The notes: generated by a model not told the origin, from the letters alone. Shown: positions 23,205 through 34,041, numbered from the stretch's first letter. The stretch: 64,000 bases of DNA from an uncultured Rivularia sp. (GCA_963665115.1 OY762007.1:6624001-6688000); one strand, 5' to 3'. Numbers and translations are program-made.

Positions 23205-24530
23205 TCAGTTTAAATTTTTACTTAACCTTTGGTAAACGGTAGAGACAGCATCCGCATCACCAACATTACCTGGAAATAGCACCACTGGTAAATTAGGAAA
23301 CTGGGGATGATTCTCCGGAGTACGCACCATCGAAACACCAGCGAGAATTTGACCGAGCAAACGCGCTGTTTTCAAAGCCAAACCATTACTTAAAACATCG
23401 TTAGAAGTAATACCTCCCTTACTAATTAAAAATCCGATATCCTCAGGTAAATTCCGCACGACATCCATTAATAAAGCTGAAACCTTAGCTCCAAATTGCA
23501 ATCGCGTATCAATATCCTCAAAAGTTAATTCCTGACGGCTGGTATAAACTACTGGTGTGTTGCCAGCATTATGTGCTTCACGAACATTTTTGAGTATATC
23601 GGGTAGCAGTGTAGCAGATTGATTCTCATTATCAAGTAACTTGGCTACATCTACTTCGATTCCGACAATACCTTTTGTCTGTAAAAGTACTTCGAGTTGT
23701 TGGGTAGTTTTTTTAACGTGAGAACCAACTATTATCGCTCCCGGTTTACCCGTAATTACATATTCAGCCATGTTTTCCGAGGAAACTGGTTGGGGAGGAA
23801 GTGCAGCCAAAGCAGTTAAAATACTTGCAGCAGAACGAAATAGAAAGCGCTTTCCCTGACTTGCTGCCGTTAACACATCTTCAGCGAACTTATCTAAATC
23901 GGCTTGCGTTTCACCATCGACAACACCACATTGATTGCCGCTGAGCTTCATCAATCGTTCCAGGCTACCACCGCGAATGTCATCAAGTAAAAATCTTTCT
24001 ACATTGGAGGCAGCAATGCGCCCTTGGGTTTTTTCCTCTACATACTTGGGTAAATAACTGTGATTATAGGCAAATACCGAATCGCGAGCGAATTCAGTTT
24101 CATGAACTGCAACGGGGGCACCCTGCATCATTAAGTAATGTATGCTGTCGCGAGTAATACGCCCTCCTTCAAAAAACGCCGGTACCAAGAAATGAGCATC
24201 AAAAGGGCCTAATTCTTCAGCAATAACATCAGTTTCAATTGGATAATGTCCCCGTAAAGTTGAGTCACTACGACTAACAACTAGAAAATCCTCGATTTTT
24301 TCGGCATCTATTGCCAATTTCAAGTTATGACAAGCTTCTTTAGTCACAGATGCAGCTTTTTCTGGAGTTAAGGCTCTAGTATTAGTTAAAACAAAAAAAA
24401 TCGGTGAATCATCTTGTAACCCCAAACGCAAAGTATCCACATCCCACTGCATTAATAACAAGCAACCGTGGACAGTTTGAGAACCCGTTGGATCGTCATC
24501 GAGAACAATTATTTTTGGTTTTGTAGCCAT
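23205..24530 (-). CDS. Four-carbon acid sugar kinase family protein (DUF1537)
   Basis: VLDDDPTG, SRSDSTLRGH, SKGGITS and FPGNVG motifs. Confidence 0.9.
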   Translation of the reverse strand: MATKPKIIVLDDDPTGSQTVHGCLLLMQWDVDTLRLGLQDDSPIFFVLTNTRALTPEKAASVTKEACHNLKLAIDAEKIEDFLVVSRSDSTLRGHYPIETDVIAEELGPFDAHFLVPAFFEGGRITRDSIHYLMMQGAPVAVHETEFARDSVFAYNHSYLPKYVEEKTQGRIAASNVERFLLDDIRGGSLERLMKLSGNQCGVVDGETQADLDKFAEDVLTAASQGKRFLFRSAASILTALAALPPQPVSSENMAEYVITGKPGAIIVGSHVKKTTQQLEVLLQTKGIVGIEVDVAKLLDNENQSATLLPDILKNVREAHNAGNTPVVYTSRQELTFEDIDTRLQFGAKVSALLMDVVRNLPEDIGFLISKGGITSNDVLSNGLALKTARLLGQILAGVSMVRTPENHPQFPNLPVVLFPGNVGDADAVSTVYQRLSKNLN

Positions 24531-24548
24531 TTTTTAGTTAGATTAAAA

Positions 24549-25214
24549 CTATTTGGGCGACTGTAACTTTCTTATTTGAGATTGAACATCAACAGCAATC
24601 TGCAAAGATTGATTAAGAAGTTGGGCATATTCGCCAGCTTCCGTACTAACTTGCAAAGCTTGCAGATTGGCTAAATTGTTAACAAATAAATCTTGATTGT
24701 TCGCAAGTAACTTTTTATTATCCCGTAAAATTCGTTCCGTTTTCAAAGCTCGTACCAAATCTTCTCGAATTAGTTGTAATGCGCCAATAACTTTATCTCT
24801 ATCATTAATATTACTTTGCGTATTTCCCGCTGTATCCAATTGGTCGTTAAGATCGATAGCTTGGATAACTTCGTGATATTCATCAACTTCATCCAAAAGT
24901 TTTGTCAGCGATTTTGGACAATTTCGTCGTCGTAAAAACCCCCGTACTAATATCACCATGACTGGTACTAAAGATAACAATATTAATCCGATAGAAATTG
25001 AGGAACCGATTGTAGGTAAAATAATAAATGCATAAATAAAACCAACAAAAATAGGAGTAAACGCTAAGGCTGTAATTACTTCATTCATGAAAAAAGCAAA
25101 TCGTTTTTCGCGATTTTTTAGAATCGAAGGGCGAAATACATCTTCTGGATCGACTCCCGTTAAGCGTCTTAATTCACCTTTAGTAATTTCTAAACCGATT
25201 AAATCTGGCTGCAC
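24549..25214 (-). CDS. Hypothetical 2-TM coiled-coil protein
   Basis: Two hydrophobic helices followed by LVRALKTERILR coiled coil. Confidence 0.8.
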   Translation of the reverse strand: MQPDLIGLEITKGELRRLTGVDPEDVFRPSILKNREKRFAFFMNEVITALAFTPIFVGFIYAFIILPTIGSSISIGLILLSLVPVMVILVRGFLRRRNCPKSLTKLLDEVDEYHEVIQAIDLNDQLDTAGNTQSNINDRDKVIGALQLIREDLVRALKTERILRDNKKLLANNQDLFVNNLANLQALQVSTEAGEYAQLLNQSLQIAVDVQSQIRKLQSPK

Positions 25215-25378
25215 TGGGGGATATTCTCCTATTTATGGGTTGTGTATTTTAAGAATACCTGGCGAATTAATTCGCGGCTACACAAACGAAACCCACCTAT
25301 GTCCTAACGGACACGCTGCGCTAACGTGGGTTTAATTAATTCTGGAGTCAGCATTTCAAGTAAATACATATCAATTAT

Positions 25379-25404
25379 GTAGAGACGTTGCACTGCAACG
25401 TCTC
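25379..25404. repeat. GTAG-type REP-like palindrome
   Basis: GTAGAGACGTTGC-act-GCAACGTCTC; variant copy at 31170-31194. Confidence 0.7.
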
Positions 25405-25572
25405 CCCGCATTTTGATTATTATCGAGAATTTAGAAAATAGTATTAACTATAAAGCTACAAGAAACGAGTTTGTATTTTCGGAATATATTCTCTGCTATT
25501 TTTAAAATAATTTAATCAAGACGAATCTGTTAGTATTTACCTAAATACAGCTACTATCAAATCTCTGTTGGT

Positions 25573-28500
25573 ATGAGCATAAATCAGAAAAAAGCATCAA
25601 ATTCAAAAGCAAATCGCGCTTTACAATTATTTATTGACAGGCATCATTTAATCAAACATTTTGCAAAATATATTAATAATGAGCCAGTTACAGAGAAAAT
25701 TCTGTATTTTTATGGCGATGGTGGTAATGGTAAATCTTTGTTACTCAAGTATTTAAGGACAAAATGTTGCAATAGATTCGATCAAAAAATATGGCAGCAA
25801 ATAATACATCAAAAAGATTTTAAATTATTAGCTAGTGATATTGCAATTCCTAATAATAATGATTTTGTTCGAGTACCAGCAGTATTACATGATTTTGGCT
25901 CACCACCCATTGATGACGATAAACCCCAAGATTTATTTTATGGGTTGTTGATGTTACGCCGAAATATTGGTATTGAGGCGAATGACTCAAAATATAAGTT
26001 GAAATATAAGCTGCGTTTTCCTTTGTTTGATTTTGCTTGCGTTTGGTATCTGCATCAAAAGCATCAACTCTCAAAAGATAGATGGAAAGAACTTTTTCCC
26101 GAAGAAGAATTTGAATTTACCATGCAGATTGTTGATACTTTGAGTAACACATCTTGGGGACAAATTGCTGATGTGGTGCTTGATGTGTTGATGAAATATT
26201 CTGGTAAAAATCTCTACGTAATGTTTCAGCAGCGAAGGTTGACAAAAGAAAACATCGAAGAAATTCGGGATATGGATGTAGACACCGAATTAATTTTCCA
26301 GTTACCAAGATTGCTAGCTCAAGATTTAAATTCAGCAATGTCTGAGAAAGATTCACCTGAAAGACTTGTATTGTTTTTTGATACTCATGAGGCTTTTTGG
26401 GGTAGTCAGCGGGATGTTGGAGATTACCGCTATTTTCAACAAGATAAGTGGTTGCGGTATTTTTTGGCAGAGTTGGAATTTTCACATGGAATTATGGTTG
26501 TGGTTGCGGGAAGAGAAGTACCTCGTTGGCAAGATGCTGATGAATATGATATTCCCCAAAAGTTTTTGGATACCCAATTAGTAAATCATCTTGCAGAAAC
26601 TGATGCTCGCGAGTATCTACGCAGAGCGGGAATTAGCAACCGGGATTTTCAGCAGAATGCGATTGATTACTCTAGCGCTAGGGAAAATCAAGTTCATCCG
26701 TTTTTATTGGGTTTGTGTGCGGATGTGATTTTGCAGGGAAACCAGGGGTTAAACGAACTCGATCTTAATGCTGATTTTGCGGATAAAGCTAAACAATTAA
26801 TTAACCGTTTGCTGAAATATGCAGATAGAGAAATTAATTATGCGGTACAGGCTTTAAGTGCTTGTCGTGGTTTTAATTATGATATTTACGAATTGCTAGG
26901 AAAAGAATTAAAATTTAAAACTAGCAAGCCTAGCTTTAATATCCTGACAGAATTTTCCTTTGTTTGGGAAGCGCAACGGGGTGAAGATTGGTATCGTATT
27001 CATGATTTATTGCGACGGTTGAATTATGAGGAAGATAACCAAACTACCCGACAAGCTCATGAGGTATTAGAGAAATATTACCGCGAACAAGGGGAAATCG
27101 CAGAAGCAATTTATCATGCTAACCGTTTGGATTGGGAGCGGGGTATTGATGAATGGGTTAATGAGTTTGATGAAACATTAAAATTGAGTCGCTATGATGA
27201 ATGTCGCGTTTTATTGGAAATTAGAAATGAGTTAGTTATTCAAAGCGATTTTCAATTAGGTAGTGTCTCGCAGTCTGAAGGTGATTACTTCGCGACATTG
27301 GCTCAACATCAGCAAGCAGAAAAAGAATATTTAGAAGCCGTAGAATCCTACAACCAAGCACTTAATCGCGCTCCCGATGATATTTCTGCTCACAATAATA
27401 AAGGAAACGCTTTAGCAAGTTTAGGGGATTTACAAGCAGGTTTATCACAACATCAAGATGCGTTAAATTCCTACACCCAAGCGATCGCATCCTACGACGA
27501 AGCACTCAATCGCGCTCCCGATTATATAAATGCTCACAATAATAAAGGACTAGCTTTACAAAGTTTAGGGAATTTACAAGCAGGTTTATCACAGCATCAA
27601 GATGCGTTAAATTCCTACACCCAAGCGATCGCATCCTACGACGAAGTACTTAATCGCGCTCCCGATGATATAAATGCTCACAATAATAAAGGAATCGCTT
27701 TAAAAAGTTTAGGGGATTTACAAGCAGGTTTATCACAGCATCAAGATGCCTTAACTTCCTACACCCAAGCGATTCGCATCCTACGACGAAGCACTCAATC
27801 GCGCTCCCGATGATATTTATGCTCACAATAATAAAGGAAACGCTTTACTAAGGTTAGGGAATTTACAAGCAGGTTTATCACAGCATCAAGATGCGTTAAA
27901 TTCCTACACCGAAGCAATTGCATCCTACGACGAAGCACTTAATCGCGCTCCCGATTATATTTATGCTCACAATAATAAAGGACTAGCTTTACAAAGTTTA
28001 GGGGATTTACAAGCAGGTTTATCACAGCATCAAGATGCGTTAAATTCCTACACCCAAGCAATCGCATCCTACGACGAAGCACTCAATGGCGCTCCCGATG
28101 ATATTTATGCTCACAATAATAAAGGAAGCGCTTTAGCAACTTTAGGGGATTTACAAGCAGGTTTATCACAGCATCAAGATGCCTTAAATTCCTACACCGA
28201 AGCAATTGCATCCTACGACGAAGCACTTAATCGCGCTCCCGATTATATTTATGCTCACAATAATAAAGGACTAGCTTTACAAAGTTTAGGGGATTTACAA
28301 GCAGGTTTATCACAGCATCAAGATGCGTTAAATTCCTACACCCAAGCAATCGCATCCTACGACGAAGCACTCAATGGCGCTCCCGATGATATTTATGCTC
28401 ACAATAATAAAGGAAACGCTTTACAAAGATTAGGGGATTTACAAGCAGGTTTATCACAGCATCAAGATGCGTTAAATTCCTACACCCAAGCAATCGCATC

Positions 28501-29461
28501 CTACGACGAAGCACTCAATGGCGCTCCCGATGATATTTATGCTCACAATAATAAAGGACTAGCTTTACAAAGTTTAGGGGATTTACAAGCAGGTTTATCA
28601 CAGCATCAAGATGCCTTAACTTCCTACACCGAAGCAATTGCATCCTACAACCAAGCACTCAATCGCGCTCCTGATTATATTCAAATTCACAATAATAAAG
28701 GACTCGCTTTACTAAGTTTAGGGGATTTACAAGCAGGTTTATCACAGCATCAAGATGCCTTAACTTCCTACACCCAAGCAATTGCATCCTACGACGAAAT
28801 ACTCAATCGCGCTCCCGATCATATTTCTGCTCACGGTAATAAAGGAAACGCTTTACTAAGTTTAGGGGATTTACAAGCAGGTTTATCACAGCATCAAGAT
28901 GCCTTAACTTCCTACACCCAAGCGATCGCATCCTACAACCAAGCACTCAATCGCGCTCCCGATCATATTTCTGCTCACGGTAATAAAGGAAACGCTTTAC
29001 TAAGTTTAGGGGATTTACAAGCAGGTTTATCACAGCATCAAGATGCGTTAAATTCCTACACCCAAGCGATCGCATCCTACGACGAAGCACTCAATGGCGC
29101 TCCCGATTATATAAATGCTCACAATAATAAAGGACTTGCTTTAGCAAGTTTAGGGAAATTACAAGCAGGTTTATCACAGCATCAAGATGCCTTAAATTCC
29201 TACACCCAAGCGATCGCATCCTACAACCAAGCACTCAATCGCGCTGCCGATGATATTTATGCTCACAATAATAAAGGAGTCGCTTTAGCAAGTTTAGGGG
29301 AATTACAAGCAGGTTTATCCCAGCAAGAAGAAGCAATAAAAAACTACGAAGCAGCATTAGCAGAGTTTAATCTTTCGTTAGAAATTGCACCAAATGATGA
29401 AAAAGTTAGAAATATAAGAGATGAGTTGCAAGAATTATTAGATAGTCTCAAGTCAACTTAA
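25573..29461 (+). CDS. STAND/NLR-like P-loop ATPase with C-terminal TPR-like repeat array (about 1295 aa after removing a 1-bp insertion at about 27774)
   Basis: FIDR pre-P-loop, Walker A GDGGNGKS, Walker B VLFFDTHE, sensor VVAGR, HPFLL and RIHDLLR motifs. After the extra T the frame stays open through the repeats to TAA at 29459-29461. Confidence 0.85.
27345..29325 (+). repeat. 14 tandem 144-bp (48-aa) coding repeats
   Basis: The His codon recurs at 27391, 27535, 27679, 27824, 27968, 28112, 28256, 28400, 28544, 28688, 28832, 28976, 29120 and 29264. Confidence 0.97.
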
Positions 29462-29513
29462 AATACGAGATTATATTTATAGGTTGTTGTTGGGTAACAT
29501 ACGTCAACCCAAC

Positions 29514-29669
29514 CTACTGAAACTCTTCTAAATACAGTTCTGTCGCTTCTTTAAGATTACTAATAGCCTCTTCTACCGTTTCTCCTTGACTAGCTGTTCC
29601 TACTTCAGGACATTCAGCCACATACACATCTTCTTCCCAATAAATCACTGCGGTAAAAATTTTATTCAT
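29514..29669 (-). CDS. HicB-like (UPF0150) antitoxin, short, orphan
   Basis: Manual translation MNKIFTAVIYWEEDVYVAECPEVGTASQGETVEEAISNLKEATELYLEEFQ*; not in the ORF track. Confidence 0.8.
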   Translation of the reverse strand: MNKIFTAVIYWEEDVYVAECPEVGTASQGETVEEAISNLKEATELYLEEFQ

Positions 29670-29750
29670 TGCATTCTCAAATCGTTACGTATCGTCTCAG
29701 GCTTTATTTTCCGCTCTATAAACTTAATTTAGTAACTCTGTAAAATAGCT

Positions 29751-29966
29751 GTGCGGATATCAACCAAGTTACTAGAAATTAACCGCTCTATCCGTGACTT
29801 ATCCCTAGAAGAACAAATGTGGCTTTTAGAAAGTTTAGTCAAGAATTTGCGAAAGAAGACAAATACAAATTCTTTTCCATTAAATCAAGATATCGAAAAA
29901 GAAATGGCTGCAATGGCGAACGATAGTGATATTCAAGTTGAGATTGCTGCTATTGATGTTAATTGA
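29751..29966 (+). CDS. Small antitoxin-like protein, possibly truncated
   Basis: LSLEEQMWLLE and MAAMANDSDIQ resemble small cyanobacterial antitoxin-like proteins; no toxin follows. Confidence 0.5.
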   Translation: MRISTKLLEINRSIRDLSLEEQMWLLESLVKNLRKKTNTNSFPLNQDIEKEMAAMANDSDIQVEIAAIDVN

Positions 29967-29987
29967 TATTTTTAAAAATTACTGCAA

Positions 29988-30183
29988 TAAGGGACTTTTA
30001 AAAAATAATTTATCCTTCATAAGTAGTGCGTTAGCCGCACCTCCGGTGAACGCGCTTAGCGGAGCGTACCGTAGGTATTGCGTGTCCGTAAGGACATACA
30101 TTTTGCTCGCTGTATGTCTCAAGCGAGCAAGATGCTCGCACTACCTAATGTTTTCCGGAGATATCTAATTTGGAAATCCTTAA
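29988..30183. mobile_element. MITE-like element with nested small repeats (relative of 14798-15261)
   Basis: Shared left end; right end ggaaatccttaa; internal ttgctcgc...gcgagcaa stem and tccgtaagga units. Confidence 0.6.
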
Positions 30184-30189
30184 ATACTT

Positions 30190-30305
30190 ATACCGTTTCT
30201 TTATAAAGATGCGCTTAATTCAGCCCACGCAGGTGGGCTTTGTTTGGGTAGCCCCACTCTTCGAGAGTGAGGGTGATTTAGTGCAGCCTCATATAGAATT
30301 GGTAT
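30190..30305. mobile_element. 116-bp MITE, copy 2
   Basis: Colinear with 14856-14971. Confidence 0.8.
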
Positions 30306-30527
30306 TACACAAAATTAATAATTCCCGATAACTCCCACCCTTACCCACCATCTCTCTATAACCTCTTCCCTCAGCGCCCTCAGCGCCTCTGCGGTTATTT
30401 ATACCTAACTCCCCCAAACATTTCAGAATGTTGCAAAAACTACATTATGAGAATTTGTAACAAATAATAGTGGTAAATCTGAATACTTTTTACTATCTAT
30501 TAACTATAGAGCCAGGGAGATAAATTT

Positions 30528-31133
30528 ATGACAGACGCTAATCAACAAACACCAATACAAACCTTTACTGCTAGTGAAGGCGTTCTCAAAACTAACAATA
30601 GTAATGCTACTACAATTAACATCCGTTCGGGTCCTTCGTTGAATCGTCAGGTGATTCACCAAGGAAAAAAGGGAGATAGGGTTAAAATTCTCGATCAAAA
30701 AAAACCTGCTGGGGATACTTATTCTTGGTATAAAGTCAAATTCGGTTCGGAAGCAGATGATATCGGTTGGGTACGTGAAGATGTAATCGAATTAACTTAC
30801 ACAAATCCTTCTTCTGCTTCAACATTATTACTTTTTGCAACCAACAGCAGAACAGTAAGAATTTATTCCGAAGAAAAGCAGATTTATATGAATGTTTACG
30901 ACAACCGCGCTGAAAAGACAGAATTATACGCCGTTGATGCTGCAAGATTGCCAAAAGTTGATGCAGAAAGTAAATTTAAAAGCTACGTTGCCATCAAAGA
31001 TAATACCGCTTACTATGTCAGGTTTATTCCTTTTGGTGAAGTAGATTTTATTGTTAATAACGCCACTAACGGTAATATTATCCTCAAAGAAAAAGGTTTC
31101 CGTGCAAGCGGTAGCGAATATCAGAACAATTAA
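30528..31133 (+). CDS. Bacterial SH3-domain protein
   Basis: INIRSGPS...GDRVKIL...WYKVKF...GWV SH3b pattern. Confidence 0.85.
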   Translation: MTDANQQTPIQTFTASEGVLKTNNSNATTINIRSGPSLNRQVIHQGKKGDRVKILDQKKPAGDTYSWYKVKFGSEADDIGWVREDVIELTYTNPSSASTLLLFATNSRTVRIYSEEKQIYMNVYDNRAEKTELYAVDAARLPKVDAESKFKSYVAIKDNTAYYVRFIPFGEVDFIVNNATNGNIILKEKGFRASGSEYQNN

Positions 31134-31237
31134 CAATTATCAATTATCAATGAACATTCGATCGCTGATGTAGAGACGTAGCACTGCTACGTCTTTATCA
31201 ATATTTTGATAATTGATTATTGTTCATTGATAATTGA

Positions 31238-32527
31238 TTAAGGATATAATCCTCGATCGTTCATAGCTTGCGCTACTCTTCCTACACCAAGTACATAAGC
31301 TGCTAATCTGGGAGAAATTTTCCTTTCCTGAGATTGCTGCATGACTTTACGATATGCCTGCACCATCAAATTTTCCATTTCGCCATTCACTTTTTCTTCA
31401 TCCCAAAACAAGTAAGAAAGTCCCTGTACCCATTCGAGATAACTAACTACAACTCCACCAGCGTTACTTAAAATATCTGGTAATACTGTTACACCACGGG
31501 CTTCTAATTCTAGGTTTGCTTCGAGTGTAACTGGGCCATTTGCGGCTTCAGCAATAATATTAGCTTGGATTCGATCGGCGTTTTCTTTAGTAATTTGATT
31601 TTCTAAAGCTGCGGGAATTAATACGTCACAAGGTAAGGTTAATAACTCTGCATTACTAATTGGTTTCGCTTGAGGAAATCCCGAAATTTTTCTATTATTA
31701 TCTTTTTTATAAGCTTTCAATTCTTCTATATCTAAACCATTCTCCGCGAAAACACCACCTGAACCTGTAGATACGGCAATAATTTTTGCTCCGGCTTGAT
31801 GCAGCAATTCAGCCGCAGCGCCGCCGACGTTGCCAAAACCTTGGATGGCAATTCGGGTATCTTTTAAAGATTTACCTTTATCTTTTAAAGCTTCGCGAAC
31901 GATAATCATTACACCACGTCCGGTTGCCATTTCTCTTCCCAAGGAACCACCGATCGAAAGCGGTTTCCCGGTGACTACTCCAGGTACTGCATGACCGATA
32001 TTTACCGAATAAGTATCCATCATCCAAGCCATTTCGCGGGCTGATGTCCCCATATCTGGCGCTGGTATATCTACCGACGGCCCTATGTCTTTAATTAACT
32101 CGCTAATGTAACGTCGAGAAATACGTTCTAATTCGTTGACGCTGTAATTTTTAGGGTTTATCGCGATACCACCTTTCGCACCACCGTAGGGAATACCCAA
32201 CAACGCACATTTCCAAGTCATCAGCATCGCTAAGGCTGAAACTTCCCGCAGAGTAACGGCTGGATGGAAACGAATACCGCCTTTGTGAGGTCCTAAAACG
32301 TTACAGTGTTGGACTCGATGTCCTGCTAAAATCTGTATTTCACCGTTATCTCGTTTCATGGGAATGGAAACAGTTACCACTTTGCGCGGGTTACTGAGTA
32401 TTTCTAATACACCTTGTTCTAACTTTAATTCTTTTGCCGCTGCGTCTAAATAGCTACAGGCTTGATCGAATGGGCAAATATACGCCGGAGAAGGATTTTC
32501 TGGCATTAGCGGGGATATCTTATCCAT
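31238..32527 (-). CDS. gdhA: Glu/Leu/Phe/Val dehydrogenase (glutamate dehydrogenase)
   Basis: GPHKGGIRF, GGAKGG, PAPDMGT, QGFGNVG and NAGGVVVSY motifs. Confidence 0.93.
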   Translation of the reverse strand: MDKISPLMPENPSPAYICPFDQACSYLDAAAKELKLEQGVLEILSNPRKVVTVSIPMKRDNGEIQILAGHRVQHCNVLGPHKGGIRFHPAVTLREVSALAMLMTWKCALLGIPYGGAKGGIAINPKNYSVNELERISRRYISELIKDIGPSVDIPAPDMGTSAREMAWMMDTYSVNIGHAVPGVVTGKPLSIGGSLGREMATGRGVMIIVREALKDKGKSLKDTRIAIQGFGNVGGAAAELLHQAGAKIIAVSTGSGGVFAENGLDIEELKAYKKDNNRKISGFPQAKPISNAELLTLPCDVLIPAALENQITKENADRIQANIIAEAANGPVTLEANLELEARGVTVLPDILSNAGGVVVSYLEWVQGLSYLFWDEEKVNGEMENLMVQAYRKVMQQSQERKISPRLAAYVLGVGRVAQAMNDRGLYP

Positions 32528-32608
32528 AAAATGTAAAAATTAAAATATTTTCTCAGCCTAGCCTGGTTTTTTACGATCGCAGGTAATTTTGTAAATTTCG
32601 TTACATTT

Positions 32609-34018
32609 TTGATTCAAAACAGTTATTTATCTAAGATGATTCTAGGCAATCCAAAATCTAAAAGCCAAAATCGAATGACACCTACAAATCCTAAAACACT
32701 ACCTTTACCTCCCGGTAATTTTGGTTTACCAGTTATTGGTGAAACAATCAGCTTTATACGGGATTCTGATTTTACAGAAAAACGATATCAAAAGTACGGA
32801 TCTATCTTCAAAACCCATATTTTTACAAATCCCACCATAGTAATGATTGGTTCGGAAGCTAACCGTTTTCTGTTTACAAATGATAATAAATATTTTTCTG
32901 GACAATGGCCTCGAAGCACTAAAATCTTATTAGGTCCTGGCTCTTTATCGATACAAATGGGCAGTACGCATCAAAAGCGTCGTAAAGTTTTATCACAAGC
33001 TTTTCAACCAAGAGCTTTAGCGGAATATGCTTCCACAATGGAAGAAATTCTCCGCAGTTATTTTGATAAATGGGAAAAAATGGGTACTTTGACTTGGTAT
33101 CCAGAAATTAGAAAATATACCTTTGACGTAGCTTGTAAATTACTTGTGGGAACCGATGCAGCTAGCGATAGTAATTTTGTCGAACTTTTTGAAGAGTTGG
33201 TGAGAGGTTTGTTTACCATTCCTCTGCGTTTACCTTGGACAAATTTTAGTAAAGCATTACGCAGTCGTAAATTGTTACTCAAGCAGATTGAAGAAATAGT
33301 ATTACAGCGTCAACAGCAACCCGCTTCTAATAAAGATGCTTTAGGAATTTTATTAGAAGCGAAAGATGATGACGGCAATACCCTTAGTGTAGAAGAAATT
33401 AAAGACCAAATATTAACTTTACTATTCGCCGGACATGAAACTTTAACATCGTCAATAGCTTCGATGTGTCTCTTGCTGTCACAGCATCCGGCAGTCTTAG
33501 CAAAAGTACGTCAGGAGCAGCAGGAATTAGGATTTTCGCAACCTTTAACTTCAGAAAATCTCAAGCAAATGACTTATCTAGACCAAGTTCTCAAAGAAGT
33601 TTTGCGTTTAATTCCTCCGGTTGGTGGTGGTTTTCGACAGGTAATTGAACCTTGTGAATTTAACGGTTACTCAATTCCCAAAGGTTGGTCTGTGCTATAC
33701 AACATACCTAAAACGAACCAAGATGCCAGTGTATATACAGATCCCTCAGACTTCGATCCAGAGCGTTTTGCACCTTCGAGGGCTGAAGATAAATCGAAAC
33801 CCTTTTCTCATGCAACATTTGGTGGCGGGATGCGCGAATGTATTGGTAAGGAGTTCGCTAAATTGGAAATGAAGCTTTTTGCAGCAATGTTAGTTCGAGA
33901 TTATGAATGGGAACTTCTACCAGAGCAAGATTTAACTATAATACCAGCGCCTACTGCTTATCCCAAAGATAAATTGAAAGTTAAATTTGGTCGTAATAGT
34001 GATACTGCTTTTGTATAA
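32609..34018 (+). CDS. Cytochrome P450 (CYP120-like); start probably ATG at about 32675
   Basis: LPPG.FGLP, AGHET, EVLR, PERF and FGGGMRECIG heme motif. Confidence 0.95.
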   Translation: MIQNSYLSKMILGNPKSKSQNRMTPTNPKTLPLPPGNFGLPVIGETISFIRDSDFTEKRYQKYGSIFKTHIFTNPTIVMIGSEANRFLFTNDNKYFSGQWPRSTKILLGPGSLSIQMGSTHQKRRKVLSQAFQPRALAEYASTMEEILRSYFDKWEKMGTLTWYPEIRKYTFDVACKLLVGTDAASDSNFVELFEELVRGLFTIPLRLPWTNFSKALRSRKLLLKQIEEIVLQRQQQPASNKDALGILLEAKDDDGNTLSVEEIKDQILTLLFAGHETLTSSIASMCLLLSQHPAVLAKVRQEQQELGFSQPLTSENLKQMTYLDQVLKEVLRLIPPVGGGFRQVIEPCEFNGYSIPKGWSVLYNIPKTNQDASVYTDPSDFDPERFAPSRAEDKSKPFSHATFGGGMRECIGKEFAKLEMKLFAAMLVRDYEWELLPEQDLTIIPAPTAYPKDKLKVKFGRNSDTAFV

Positions 34019-34041
34019 AGATGCGCTTAATAGTTATTAGG

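Noticed and set aside
27345..29325. Regular repeat array as a CRISPR
   Set aside because: The 144-bp period is a multiple of 3, the frame is open, there are no unique spacers and no cas genes; it is a coding repeat.
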